Below are positions 38,626 through 47,127 of a stretch of 64,000 bases of DNA, piece by piece. The notes beneath the pieces are model-generated. The model made no database searches. It had not been told where the DNA came from and saw only the letters and a list, made by a program, of their open reading frames with translations. The stretch comes from an uncultured Solirubrobacterales bacterium (lineage in GTDB: Bacteria > Actinomycetota > Thermoleophilia > Solirubrobacterales > Solirubrobacteraceae). How positions within the stretch are numbered: the first letter of the stretch is position 1; the number at the start of each line of letters is the position of its first letter. Location of the stretch: NCBI GenBank assembly GCA_963787555.1, contig CAWBDI010000001.1, positions 175,410-239,409 on the forward strand, in the 5' to 3' direction. The translations under genes were made by a program, and so were the position numbers.

Positions 38626-40191
38626 CTATCCGATCAGCAGGCGCCGTCCGAACACCCGCTGGAAGACCTCTCCGTCGCCGTAGCGTTCGACGCTCCAGCG
38701 CGGGAGGGTGAGGTCGCCGGCGGCCTCCAGGTGGAGATCAACGCCCTTTCCGTTGGCTCGAAACCGCGCCTGCGACACCGACTGGTCGCGGCCGCGCTCG
38801 AGATGCTCGGCGAGCCTCAGGATCACCGAGCAGCGGTCGAGCAACTCCTCATCGCCCGGCCGCGCTAGCGCCGCCATCTCGCCGAGCTTCGGGGCGCCCT
38901 TCCGGTGATAGCGGCTGATCTGGGCAATCAGCGCTCGCTCGCGGGGGTTGAAGCCGGGCAGCTCCGCCGAGACGATCAGGTAGCGGGAGTGCTTGTGGTG
39001 ATCGTCGTAGGAGATCGTCATCCCGACGTCGTGCAGCATCGACGCCGCCCACAGCAGCTCCCGCTCGTCCCGGCGCGGCTCGAGCAGGCCGCTGTCGACC
39101 AACGAGTCGAACATCTGTAGCGCGAGCCTCGCCACGTGCTCGACGTGCGTGATGTCGGACTCGTACTGGATCGCGAGGTTGCGGACCGCCGCCTCGCGCA
39201 CGTCATCGAACAGCGGCTCCCCGCCCGCCAACAGCGTGCGGGCAAGAAAAACGCCTTCGCGCAGGCCGGCTTCGGTCACCTCGATCCCGTCGAAGCCGCC
39301 GAGCTCGAGCACCGTCTCGATCGTCAGCGCCGCAGCCAGGATGATGTCTCCCCGGCCGGGCTTGATGCCGGGCACCGTGCCGCGCTCCTGCACCGACATG
39401 CCGGCGAGCGTCTTGACGAGCTGCGCCATCATCTCGCGCGTGATCACGAACCCCTGCACGCCGATGTCGAGCTGCTCGACGACCGGTTGCGCGGCGGCCG
39501 CGAGATTGCGCACCGCTCCCCCGACGCCGACCAGCGCTCCATCGATCGTGCGCAACCACTCGATTTCCGCGAGGGTGTCGCGCACCCGCGCGCGGACGCG
39601 CTGAAGGTCTTTCTTCTTCGCCGGACCAGTTCCGGGAAGAAACTCCTCTGTGAGCCGGACCGCCCCGAGCGCAAACGAGCCGAGCGGCCCAGCGTGACGA
39701 TCCGTCACCCCGATCAGCTGCATGCTGCCGCCGCCCAGCTCCAGCACCACGCCGTCGGTCAGCGTCGAGGTGTTGACGGCCGCGACGTAGCCGTAGCGCG
39801 CCTCGTCCTCCTCCGAGAGAACCTCGATCGTCAGGCCGGTGCTCCGCTCCGCGCTCTGCAGGAACTGCTCGCGGTTGGAGGCGTCGCGGATCGCGCTGGT
39901 CGCGACCGCGTAGACGTCCGACGGCGCCAGCCCATTGGCGGCGCAGAAGCGTGCGAACACCCCGAGCGTCTCCAGTCCGCGCTCGATTGCCCGTTCGCTG
40001 AGGCGCCCGGAGGCTCCCAGCCCCTCGCCGATGCGGACGGTCTCGTACAGCTCGTCGGTGCGCTTCCACCACGCTCCCGGGGCATACGTGAACACCACCA
40101 GGCGCCAGGAGTTTGAGCCCAGGTCGATCACCGCGATCTCCCTGATCGCCTCCTCAGTGCGTCCGGCGGCGCGCGTCGATCGCCAGCTCAC
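38626..40191 (-). CDS. ppx: Exopolyphosphatase Ppx/GppA with HD domain
   Basis: IDLGSNSWRL, ATSAIRDA, EDEARYG, ELGGGSMQ, GLREG, LHDVG. Confidence 0.94.
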   Translation of the reverse strand: MSWRSTRAAGRTEEAIREIAVIDLGSNSWRLVVFTYAPGAWWKRTDELYETVRIGEGLGASGRLSERAIERGLETLGVFARFCAANGLAPSDVYAVATSAIRDASNREQFLQSAERSTGLTIEVLSEEDEARYGYVAAVNTSTLTDGVVLELGGGSMQLIGVTDRHAGPLGSFALGAVRLTEEFLPGTGPAKKKDLQRVRARVRDTLAEIEWLRTIDGALVGVGGAVRNLAAAAQPVVEQLDIGVQGFVITREMMAQLVKTLAGMSVQERGTVPGIKPGRGDIILAAALTIETVLELGGFDGIEVTEAGLREGVFLARTLLAGGEPLFDDVREAAVRNLAIQYESDITHVEHVARLALQMFDSLVDSGLLEPRRDERELLWAASMLHDVGMTISYDDHHKHSRYLIVSAELPGFNPRERALIAQISRYHRKGAPKLGEMAALARPGDEELLDRCSVILRLAEHLERGRDQSVSQARFRANGKGVDLHLEAAGDLTLPRWSVERYGDGEVFQRVFGRRLLIG

Positions 40192-40283
40192 GGCCAGATC
40201 ATCCGCTCCGTCGCGGACAGCTCGCTTCGTTCGATCCCGGAGTGTCTAGAAGGTCGACTAGCAGGGTCGCGAACCCGAACCCC

Positions 40284-40634
40284 CTAGCGGCGAGGCCGCG
40301 ACCGGCGAACGGGTGCGAGCTCCAGCGCTGCCAGCGCCGCAGGGCTGGGAGCGCATACGTGCAGCAACTCGTAGCGACGTTTGGACATCGCCTCCTCGAT
40401 CGCTGACGGGCTGGGCGCGATCACCTCGAGGTCGTGGCCTGGGATGTCGCGGTCTAGCAGCTGCGCCAGAGGGTGCCTGACGCCGCCAGCCCATCCGATC
40501 GCATTCGCGACCACCGCCACCCGCGTCGGTTGCGGCGCGGGGCGCGCGAGCTGCTTCGGCGCCAGGTTCGCCCCCGCGGGGATGGAGGACACGACCGATG
40601 GGCCCGCGCGGCTGTCGTTGGTTTGATCGTTCAT
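40284..40634 (-). pseudogene. Truncated glycosyltransferase family 4 N-terminal-like fragment
   Basis: RVAVVANAIGWAGGV, HDLEVIAP, YELLHVCAPSPA resemble GT-B N-terminal motifs; ORF stops at 116 aa with no C-terminal domain. Confidence 0.45.
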
Positions 40635-40664
40635 AACACCGCAGGTTCATCCGCAAACTCCCCG

Positions 40665-40708
40665 AAATCGTGACCGAACGGCCAACTTCTTGTGACTTAC
40701 ATGTGAAC
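40665..40708 (-). promoter_or_regulatory. PHO-box-like array of four 11 bp units upstream of the ppx-sixA-ppk1-pit unit
   Basis: Minus strand GTTCACATGTA AGTCACAAGAA GTTGGCCGTTC GGTCACGATTT. Confidence 0.65.
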
Positions 40709-40848
40709 GAGGCATCCCGGGGAGCGGGCGCGGCTCCAGCTTGCGCGCGTCCGACCCGCCTGCGCCTAACCCGGGGGTGCCGAACCAGCTTCCGGCCTCG
40801 ACCTCCGGGAGCCGGCATCCGATCTCCACTACGTCACTGACAGCAGCT

Positions 40849-41352
40849 TCACCCTGCGGGCGGTTCCTCGCGCAAGACGCGGTAGCCGGTGAGGATCAGC
40901 AACAGCGTCATCAGCACCGCGCTGCTCACGCACCACTGACAGATCGCTTTGATCGTGAACAGCTCGCGGTAGGTGAGGTAGGCGCTGAACAGAAAGCCGA
41001 TCAGCGCGATCCCGAAGCCGGTGGCGCGACCGATATCACCGCGGATCGCGAGTGAGGCGAGGATCAAGACGTAGCCGCCGAGCCCCAGCACGGCCACCGG
41101 GATCCCATCCAGCTTGGCGTATGTGGAGGCCTGGACGGTTTCGCAGCCGCCGCTCGAGAGGCACAGGACCTTCAGCCCGGCGTAGTGGACATAGGTCAGA
41201 TAGCCGGCGATGCCGATCCCGATCAGGCACAGCACCCCGATCGCGATCGCGAGCCGCCGATCGGCATCGCGGCGAACCTCCGTCGCGGCGTCCGGCCCGC
41301 GCACAGCCGGCGTGCGCTGGCGCTTCGGGCTCGCGACGCGGGCGTCGGTCAT
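40849..41352 (-). CDS. Vitamin K epoxide reductase (VKOR) family disulfide-formation protein
   Basis: LCLSSGGCETVQAS loop cysteines, GIPVAVLG, ICQWC active site. Confidence 0.93.
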   Translation of the reverse strand: MTDARVASPKRQRTPAVRGPDAATEVRRDADRRLAIAIGVLCLIGIGIAGYLTYVHYAGLKVLCLSSGGCETVQASTYAKLDGIPVAVLGLGGYVLILASLAIRGDIGRATGFGIALIGFLFSAYLTYRELFTIKAICQWCVSSAVLMTLLLILTGYRVLREEPPAG

Positions 41353-42143
41353 GAGACCTTGCTGATCGCGCTTTGGAGATCCGAGTAGCTGGGCACGCCC
41401 GCGCTCGGCGACGTCGAGCCCTTCGGGCCAAAGAAAACCAGCGTGGGAGTGCCCTGGACGCCGATCGAGTTGCCCGACTGACCGTCGGACTCGACTTGCG
41501 CGAGCAGCGCCGGATCCTTGCGGTCGGTGTTCCAGGTGCTGAGGTTGAGCCCCGCCTGCTGCGCGAGGCTGGTCAGATAGCCCTCGGTCACGTAGCTGGT
41601 GTCCTCGGTGCCCTGCTCGTGGTAGAAGAGCTCCATGAAGTTCCAGAACTTGTCCTGCTTGCCGGCCGCGAGTGCCGCGACCTGCTGCGTCTGGAAGGTC
41701 TGGGCACTCGGGGTCGCGGTCTGGAAGGCGCGGTAGACGACCTTCACCTTGCCTTGCCGGATCTCGTTTGCGACGAGCTGCGGCCAGCCGCCGTTGAGCG
41801 TGAAGTCGCGGCAGATCGGACACTCCAGATCGCCGTAATAGTCCACCGTGACCTTCGCGCTGGGATTCCCGAGCGTGGCCCCGGATTGGGGAATCCCCGA
41901 CAGGAAAGAGTTGACCTGCGCGACCGTCTGGGAGCTCTTGGTTCCGGCTTGGAGACCGGTGCCACCGCTGCTGCTGCCACCACTGGAGACCGCGATCGCA
42001 ATCGCCACCACGATGACCGCGCCGAGCACGACGGCACCCACCATCCGCAGCCGGCGGTTGCGCCGGGCCTGCTCGGCGTGAGCGCGCTCCTGAGCGAGCC
42101 GGCGAGCGCGTGCTTCTTCCTTTTGCTTGGTGCGGGAGGCCAT
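41349..42143 (-). CDS. dsbA: DsbA-family thiol oxidase, membrane-anchored
   Basis: LGNPSAKVTV, DLECPIC CxxC, GVQGTPT cis-Pro loop, N-terminal TM; overlaps VKOR start. Confidence 0.9.
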   Translation of the reverse strand: MASRTKQKEEARARRLAQERAHAEQARRNRRLRMVGAVVLGAVIVVAIAIAVSSGGSSSGGTGLQAGTKSSQTVAQVNSFLSGIPQSGATLGNPSAKVTVDYYGDLECPICRDFTLNGGWPQLVANEIRQGKVKVVYRAFQTATPSAQTFQTQQVAALAAGKQDKFWNFMELFYHEQGTEDTSYVTEGYLTSLAQQAGLNLSTWNTDRKDPALLAQVESDGQSGNSIGVQGTPTLVFFGPKGSTSPSAGVPSYSDLQSAISKVS

Positions 42144-42326
42144 CGGAGATGCGGGGAGTTTGCGACGACCCCGTGCGCACTCAGGATAGCGACGAGCGAC
42201 GTGCGAGACTCCAGCACACCGCCAGCTAACGAAGAGTTCGCGAAGAGCTGAGATCGGTCGGCGGGCGCCTTTACTACCAGGCCAGCGCGGAACTAGGCCT
42301 GCGCAGGCGAGCCCGCCGCTGGCGGC

Positions 42327-43370
42327 TCATTGCAGGGCCGCCTGCAGAGCCTGCCGCAATTCGTTACGACCGAAGGCCCCTTCCAGCCGCGCGGCGATGA
42401 TCCCTTGGCGGTTGATCGTGAACAGCCAGGGTTCGGTCTCGAGATGGAACGCCTTCAGCTGGGGGCGAAGGCCTTGCGCAGGCTGGTTGTTGACGTAGAC
42501 CTCTTCGTGGATGAACGCGATCCGGCTCTGGTACTGCTGCTCGAACTGGACGGCGATGTCGGTGACCGGTCCGCACACCCGTGAGGTGCAGAGCTGCGGC
42601 GTCGAGAACAGCAGCGCGATCGGGCGCTTTCCCAGCACATGCTCGAACGAGACCCGGTGCATGTCCTCGGGGGGGATGCGGGTCGTGAGCAGTGCGGTGT
42701 TGCCGTGAACAGAGGCCACCGTGTCGGTCGCGATGTCGGGGGGCCGCTGGCCGGCATCGGGGATCTGCGAGGAGGTGGCGACCGCGACCTCACCCGGCGA
42801 TCCGACCAAGCCCTTCGGCGTCTTGGTCAGCGCCAGCACCGTGTAGGTGCCCGCTGATCGCAGATCCACGTTGGTGTGGTAGATCGCCTGGATCCCGCCG
42901 GGGCCGGAGTTCTGCTCGCTGCGGTACTGCGGTGCCACCGACATCGGATCCGCCGGGGCGAGGGACGGGCCCTCGGCCGGAGAGTTCGGGCCCTTCCCGA
43001 TGTAGAGGGCGGTCGGGGCGTAGACGTAGGCGCCGGAGCTCGCGGTTAGCGCAAACGCAACCCGGCGTAAGCCTGGGGTGAATGTGCCGGTGGCGGCGCC
43101 GAACTGAGCGCTCGCGGTCGCGAGCCTCGCGAGCTGTTGCAGGGTGCGACCATGCGGGGAGGGAAACGCGCCTGTGCTGGGACGCTCGGCCGCGGCGAGT
43201 TCGTTGACCGCGGGCGGAAGCCCAGCGGAGGTTTGAGTTGCGGCCGGCTGACTCGCGCTGCTCCGCGCTGCGGTCGACGAGCTTGAGGAGCCTGAGGATC
43301 CACAAGCCGCAGTCGCCAGCGTCGCGAGTGCCGCGAGTGCCGCGGGACGGACTCTGCGCGTGGGGTTCAT
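42327..43370 (-). CDS. Lipoprotein with C-terminal thioredoxin-like domain (CTSRVC)
   Basis: Lipobox TAAC; LLFSTPQLCTSRVCGP, FIHEEVY, TEPWLFTINRQG. Confidence 0.7.
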   Translation of the reverse strand: MNPTRRVRPAALAALATLATAACGSSGSSSSSTAARSSASQPAATQTSAGLPPAVNELAAAERPSTGAFPSPHGRTLQQLARLATASAQFGAATGTFTPGLRRVAFALTASSGAYVYAPTALYIGKGPNSPAEGPSLAPADPMSVAPQYRSEQNSGPGGIQAIYHTNVDLRSAGTYTVLALTKTPKGLVGSPGEVAVATSSQIPDAGQRPPDIATDTVASVHGNTALLTTRIPPEDMHRVSFEHVLGKRPIALLFSTPQLCTSRVCGPVTDIAVQFEQQYQSRIAFIHEEVYVNNQPAQGLRPQLKAFHLETEPWLFTINRQGIIAARLEGAFGRNELRQALQAALQ

Positions 43371-43485
43371 CGCTCGATCATGTCGCGGATTCATCCGCGG
43401 CGCGTCACCACGCGGCCGGGCGCGGCGGCCGTGATGCCAGTTCCCGAGCGGCGGTTCGCGGCCGCCATTCAGCCGCTTTTTGCGT

Positions 43486-43502
43486 GTAAACATGCTGTTA
43501 CT
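43486..43502 (+). promoter_or_regulatory. PHO-box-like pair GTAAAC-N5-GTTACT
   Basis: 11 bp spacing, upstream of the regulator at 43554. Confidence 0.35.
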
Positions 43503-43553
43503 CGGCGAGGAAGCGGCCGATGCCATGACGACGATTGCACTAGAGTGCTCAGC

Positions 43554-44405
43554 ATGTCGCCCGAAAGGAGCGACGAGCAGTCGGGGCCGCCAGCGGCCTC
43601 GCCGCGCTCGCATAACCGGCTCCGGCTAGCGGTCATCGACCGCGACCCCGGGTTCATGCAAGTTCTCTCTAACCGGCTCGACGCGCTCGGCTGGGAGTAT
43701 CGAGCCGTCTCGAGCCCGGTGACCGCCGACGCGCTCGTGTCGATGCGGTTGAACGCGATGGTGATCGATGTCACCGTGCTCGGACCCGGCAGCTGGGAAT
43801 ACCTGGAGCGCGTTTGTGCGCGGCTTCCCGGGCTCGCGGTGATCATCTGCACCGGGCCGTCCTCCGTGGCTCAGCGAGTACGAGGCCTGCGCATCGGCGC
43901 CGATGCGTGGCTGACCAAGCCGTGCCATCCGGAAGAGCTGATCTGCGTGATCGAGGCCGCGATTCGCCGTCACCGGCGCAACGAGATGCCCGAGCTCGAG
44001 GCCGTGATCAGAGTGGGCGAGATCACCGTGCGACCTGACCTCTACCAGGCGTATGCCGGCGCCGCCAGCCTCGAGTTGACCGCCCGCGAGTTCGAGATCC
44101 TGCACCTGCTCGCCCAGTCCGATCGCGTCCTCCGTCGGGAGGAGATCTATGAGCGCGTGTGGGGCTACGCGATGGCGCACGGCGACCGTTCGGTCGACGT
44201 GTTCGTGCGAAAGCTGCGCCAGAAGCTGCGGGCCGCGTCACCGCAGTGGGCCTACATCCACACCCATTTCGGCGTTGGCTATCGATGCGCGCCCGAGCGC
44301 GAGCACGATGGCGTCGAGACCGTGAGCGAGCCGGTCGCCGCCCACGATGGACAGGTCTCGGAGGTCGAGGCCGACGCGGGTCTCGACCCAGCCCTCAGCG
44401 ACTGA
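43554..44405 (+). CDS. PhoB/RegX3-like response regulator with atypical receiver
   Basis: AVIDRD acidic pocket, VIDVTV phospho-site Asp, WLTKP lysine; winged helix RSVDVFVRKLRQKL...THFGVGY. Confidence 0.85.
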   Translation: MSPERSDEQSGPPAASPRSHNRLRLAVIDRDPGFMQVLSNRLDALGWEYRAVSSPVTADALVSMRLNAMVIDVTVLGPGSWEYLERVCARLPGLAVIICTGPSSVAQRVRGLRIGADAWLTKPCHPEELICVIEAAIRRHRRNEMPELEAVIRVGEITVRPDLYQAYAGAASLELTAREFEILHLLAQSDRVLRREEIYERVWGYAMAHGDRSVDVFVRKLRQKLRAASPQWAYIHTHFGVGYRCAPEREHDGVETVSEPVAAHDGQVSEVEADAGLDPALSD

Positions 44406-44436
44406 CGCGAAGATTCAGCGGCCGGGTGCTTCACCT

Positions 44437-44456
44437 GGTCACATCTTGTTCACATC
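44437..44456 (+). promoter_or_regulatory. PHO-box-like pair GGTCACATC / GTTCACATC
   Basis: 9-mers at 44437 and 44448, 8/9 identical, 11 bp apart. Confidence 0.65.
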
Positions 44457-44504
44457 GGCGTTACTAATTGATAACGCGAGATCGCGCTGGCCGGAGCAGC
44501 ATCC

Positions 44505-44876
44505 ATGCGGATGTCGGCAACCATCCCGTCACGGCGGGAGGTGCTCGAGGTGGGGCCGCTCGAGATCCTCCCCGATGAGCACCTGGCGCGCGCGAGCGGC
44601 CGGGCGCTGATGCTCTCGATTCGAGAACTTCGGCTGCTCACCGAGCTCGCGCGGCGAGCCGACCGGATCATGGCGCGCGAGGAGCTGTTCAGCCTTGTCT
44701 GGGGGAAGGAGATGCGTCCGGGGGACCGCTCGGTTGACGTGTACGTCCGCAAGCTGCGAGTGAAGCTCGAGCAAGCGCTGCCCGAGTGGCAATTCATCCA
44801 TACGCACTTCGGCTTCGGCTACCGGATGGCGGCAGAGCGCACACACAGCCGCAACCATCGGTTCACAGCTGGATAA
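44505..44876 (+). CDS. Stand-alone OmpR/PhoB winged-helix DNA-binding protein (no receiver)
   Basis: LSIRELRLL, REELFSLVWG, RSVDVYVRKLRVKL, IHTHFGFGY; 123 aa. Confidence 0.85.
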   Translation: MRMSATIPSRREVLEVGPLEILPDEHLARASGRALMLSIRELRLLTELARRADRIMAREELFSLVWGKEMRPGDRSVDVYVRKLRVKLEQALPEWQFIHTHFGFGYRMAAERTHSRNHRFTAG

Positions 44877-44877
44877 C
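44861..44877 (+). promoter_or_regulatory. PHO-box-like pair GTTCAC-N5-GATAAC upstream of pstS
   Basis: 11 bp spacing; overlaps the last codons of the winged-helix gene. Confidence 0.55.
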
Positions 44878-44927
44878 ACCGCAAGAGGCCGATCCGCAAA
44901 GACTCCCCCGCACACCTAGTGAAGGAG

Positions 44928-46073
44928 ATGACGTTGAGTACAAGTCGCATCAGGGCGGTCGCCTCGCTGGTGGCCGCGTCGCTCGTGGTCGCTGCATGCG
45001 GCTCGAGCAAGTCGAGCTCGAGCTCGACCTCGAGTTCACCGGCCGCAGCGTCCTCGAGCTCGCCGAGCTCGGGCAGCAGCGCAGGAGGCAAGGGCACCAT
45101 CAATGGCGCGGGCTCCACGCTCGCGGCTCCGATCTACCAGCAATGGGGATCGACGCTGAAATCGCAAGGGCTTACCGTGAACTTCAACCCGGTCGGGTCA
45201 GGGGCGGGCATCGCGGAGCTGCAGTCCGCCACGGTCGACTTTGCCGGGAGCGATCCGGCGTTGAAATCGGCCGACAGGTCGAAGGCCAAGGGGCCTCTGT
45301 ACCAGTTCCCGGTCGCGTTTGGCGCGATCACGGTCTCCTACAACCTGTCCGGGACCAAGAGCGGACTGAAGCTCGATGGCACCACGCTGGCCAACATCTT
45401 CCTGGGCAAGATCAAGACCTGGAACGATCCCGCGATCAAGTCGCTGAACCCGGGGATGAGCCTTCCCAGCACGCCGATCACGGTCGTGCATCGCTCGGAC
45501 TCCTCGGGCACCACCAACGGGTTCACGACCTATCTCTCAGACGTCGACCCGACATGGAAGTCCCAGGTCGGGGCGGGCAAGGACGTCAAGTGGCCGACCG
45601 GCACAGGCGCGGCGAAGAACTCCGGCGTCGCCGCGGCGGTCAAGCAGACCTCGGGAGCGGTTGGCTACGTCGAGCAGGCGTACGCGATCGAGAACAACTT
45701 CACCTACGCGGCGGTGAAGAACTCGGCCGGCACCTACGTGCTGCCCTCGATTGCCAACACCTCGGCCGCGGCGTCGGGTATCAAGGTCCCCTCGGATCTC
45801 GGGATCTCGACGATCAACTCGCCGAACCCCTCCGCTTACCCGATCGTCTCGCAGACGTTCCTGGTTGCCTACGAGGACATGTGCAAGGCGGGCGTAAGCC
45901 AATCGACGGCATCCGCGGTCAAGCATTTCCTTACCTACGCATTCGGGCAAGGGCAGAGCACGCTGGGCGCCGGAAGCAACCAGCTGCCTTACGCGCCGCT
46001 GCCGGCGGACATCGCGTCGAAGGACAATGCGCAGCTGGCAAAGATGAAGTGCAACGGATCACCGCTCTCGTAA
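44928..46073 (+). CDS. pstS: Phosphate ABC transporter substrate-binding lipoprotein
   Basis: Lipobox VAAC, GAGST, GSGAG, FAGSD, HRSDSSGTT, GYVEQAYA, AYPIVS; start may be TTG 44934. Confidence 0.96.
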   Translation: MTLSTSRIRAVASLVAASLVVAACGSSKSSSSSTSSSPAAASSSSPSSGSSAGGKGTINGAGSTLAAPIYQQWGSTLKSQGLTVNFNPVGSGAGIAELQSATVDFAGSDPALKSADRSKAKGPLYQFPVAFGAITVSYNLSGTKSGLKLDGTTLANIFLGKIKTWNDPAIKSLNPGMSLPSTPITVVHRSDSSGTTNGFTTYLSDVDPTWKSQVGAGKDVKWPTGTGAAKNSGVAAAVKQTSGAVGYVEQAYAIENNFTYAAVKNSAGTYVLPSIANTSAAASGIKVPSDLGISTINSPNPSAYPIVSQTFLVAYEDMCKAGVSQSTASAVKHFLTYAFGQGQSTLGAGSNQLPYAPLPADIASKDNAQLAKMKCNGSPLS

Positions 46074-46083
46074 GGACGCGTGG

Positions 46084-47127
46084 GTGGAGTCAAGCTCCGT
46101 CACAAACGTCTCCGGCGGCCGCTCGGTTTTCGAGCGGTCGCCGCTAGGCCGGTTACCAGATCGGGCGATGCAGGTCGGGCTGACCGCGCTCGCGGTCGCG
46201 ATTCTAGCCCTGCTCGCCTACTTCTTCATCAGGCTGATCGGCCAGTCACAGAAGGCTTTCAGCCAATTCGGGCTCAGCTTCATCTTCGGCAACGACTGGG
46301 ACGTCGCGCGCAACATCTACCACGGCGCGGCGCTGCTGGTGGGAACGCTGATCACCTCCGCGATCGCGCTCCTCATCGGCGTGCCGGTCGCGATCGCCAC
46401 CGCTCTGTATCTCACGGAGCTGTGCCCGCGCCGCGCTCGCGCGCCGCTCGCAATCCTCGTCGATCTGCTGGCGGCAGTGCCGTCGGTCGTCTACGGGCTA
46501 TGGGGCGTGTTCGTGCTGATCCCCAAGTTGCTGCCGGCGGAGAAGTGGTTTGCCAGCACCTTTTCGTTCATTCCGTGGATCGGCGGCGGCACAACGACGG
46601 GCCCCAACTACTTCATCGCCGGACTGATCCTGGCGATCATGATCCTTCCGATCGTGTCCGCGATCTCACGCGAGGTGATCGCGACCGTGCCGCCCGAGAA
46701 CAAGGAGGCGGCCCTGGCGCTGGGTGCCACGCGGTGGGAGATGATCCGGATGGCGGTGCTGCCGTACGCCCGACCCGGGATCACCGGCGGCGCGATGCTG
46801 GGGCTGGGGCGAGCGCTCGGCGAGACGATCGCGGTGGTGCTGGTGATCGGGAACGCGCCTGTAATCGGCCATCACCTGTTCAGCCAGGGCTACAGCCTCG
46901 CGGCGGTGATCGCGAACGAGTTCGGCGAGGCGGCCAACACGCCGATTCACTCCTCGGCCCTGTTTGCCGCCGGCCTGGTGCTGTTTGTGTTGACGCTGAT
47001 CGTCAACATCATCGCGCGCTGGTTCGTCGCTCGGGGACACCGAAAGCACCGCGGGACGGGCGCTACGGGCGCGACCGGGGCGCCCGCGGCCCCAGCGCCG
47101 GCGGCGGCGGCTGGTGAGGCAGCATGA
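46084..47127 (+). CDS. pstC: Phosphate ABC permease
   Basis: [38 protein letters not shown]. Confidence 0.95.
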   Translation: MESSSVTNVSGGRSVFERSPLGRLPDRAMQVGLTALAVAILALLAYFFIRLIGQSQKAFSQFGLSFIFGNDWDVARNIYHGAALLVGTLITSAIALLIGVPVAIATALYLTELCPRRARAPLAILVDLLAAVPSVVYGLWGVFVLIPKLLPAEKWFASTFSFIPWIGGGTTTGPNYFIAGLILAIMILPIVSAISREVIATVPPENKEAALALGATRWEMIRMAVLPYARPGITGGAMLGLGRALGETIAVVLVIGNAPVIGHHLFSQGYSLAAVIANEFGEAANTPIHSSALFAAGLVLFVLTLIVNIIARWFVARGHRKHRGTGATGATGAPAAPAPAAAAGEAA

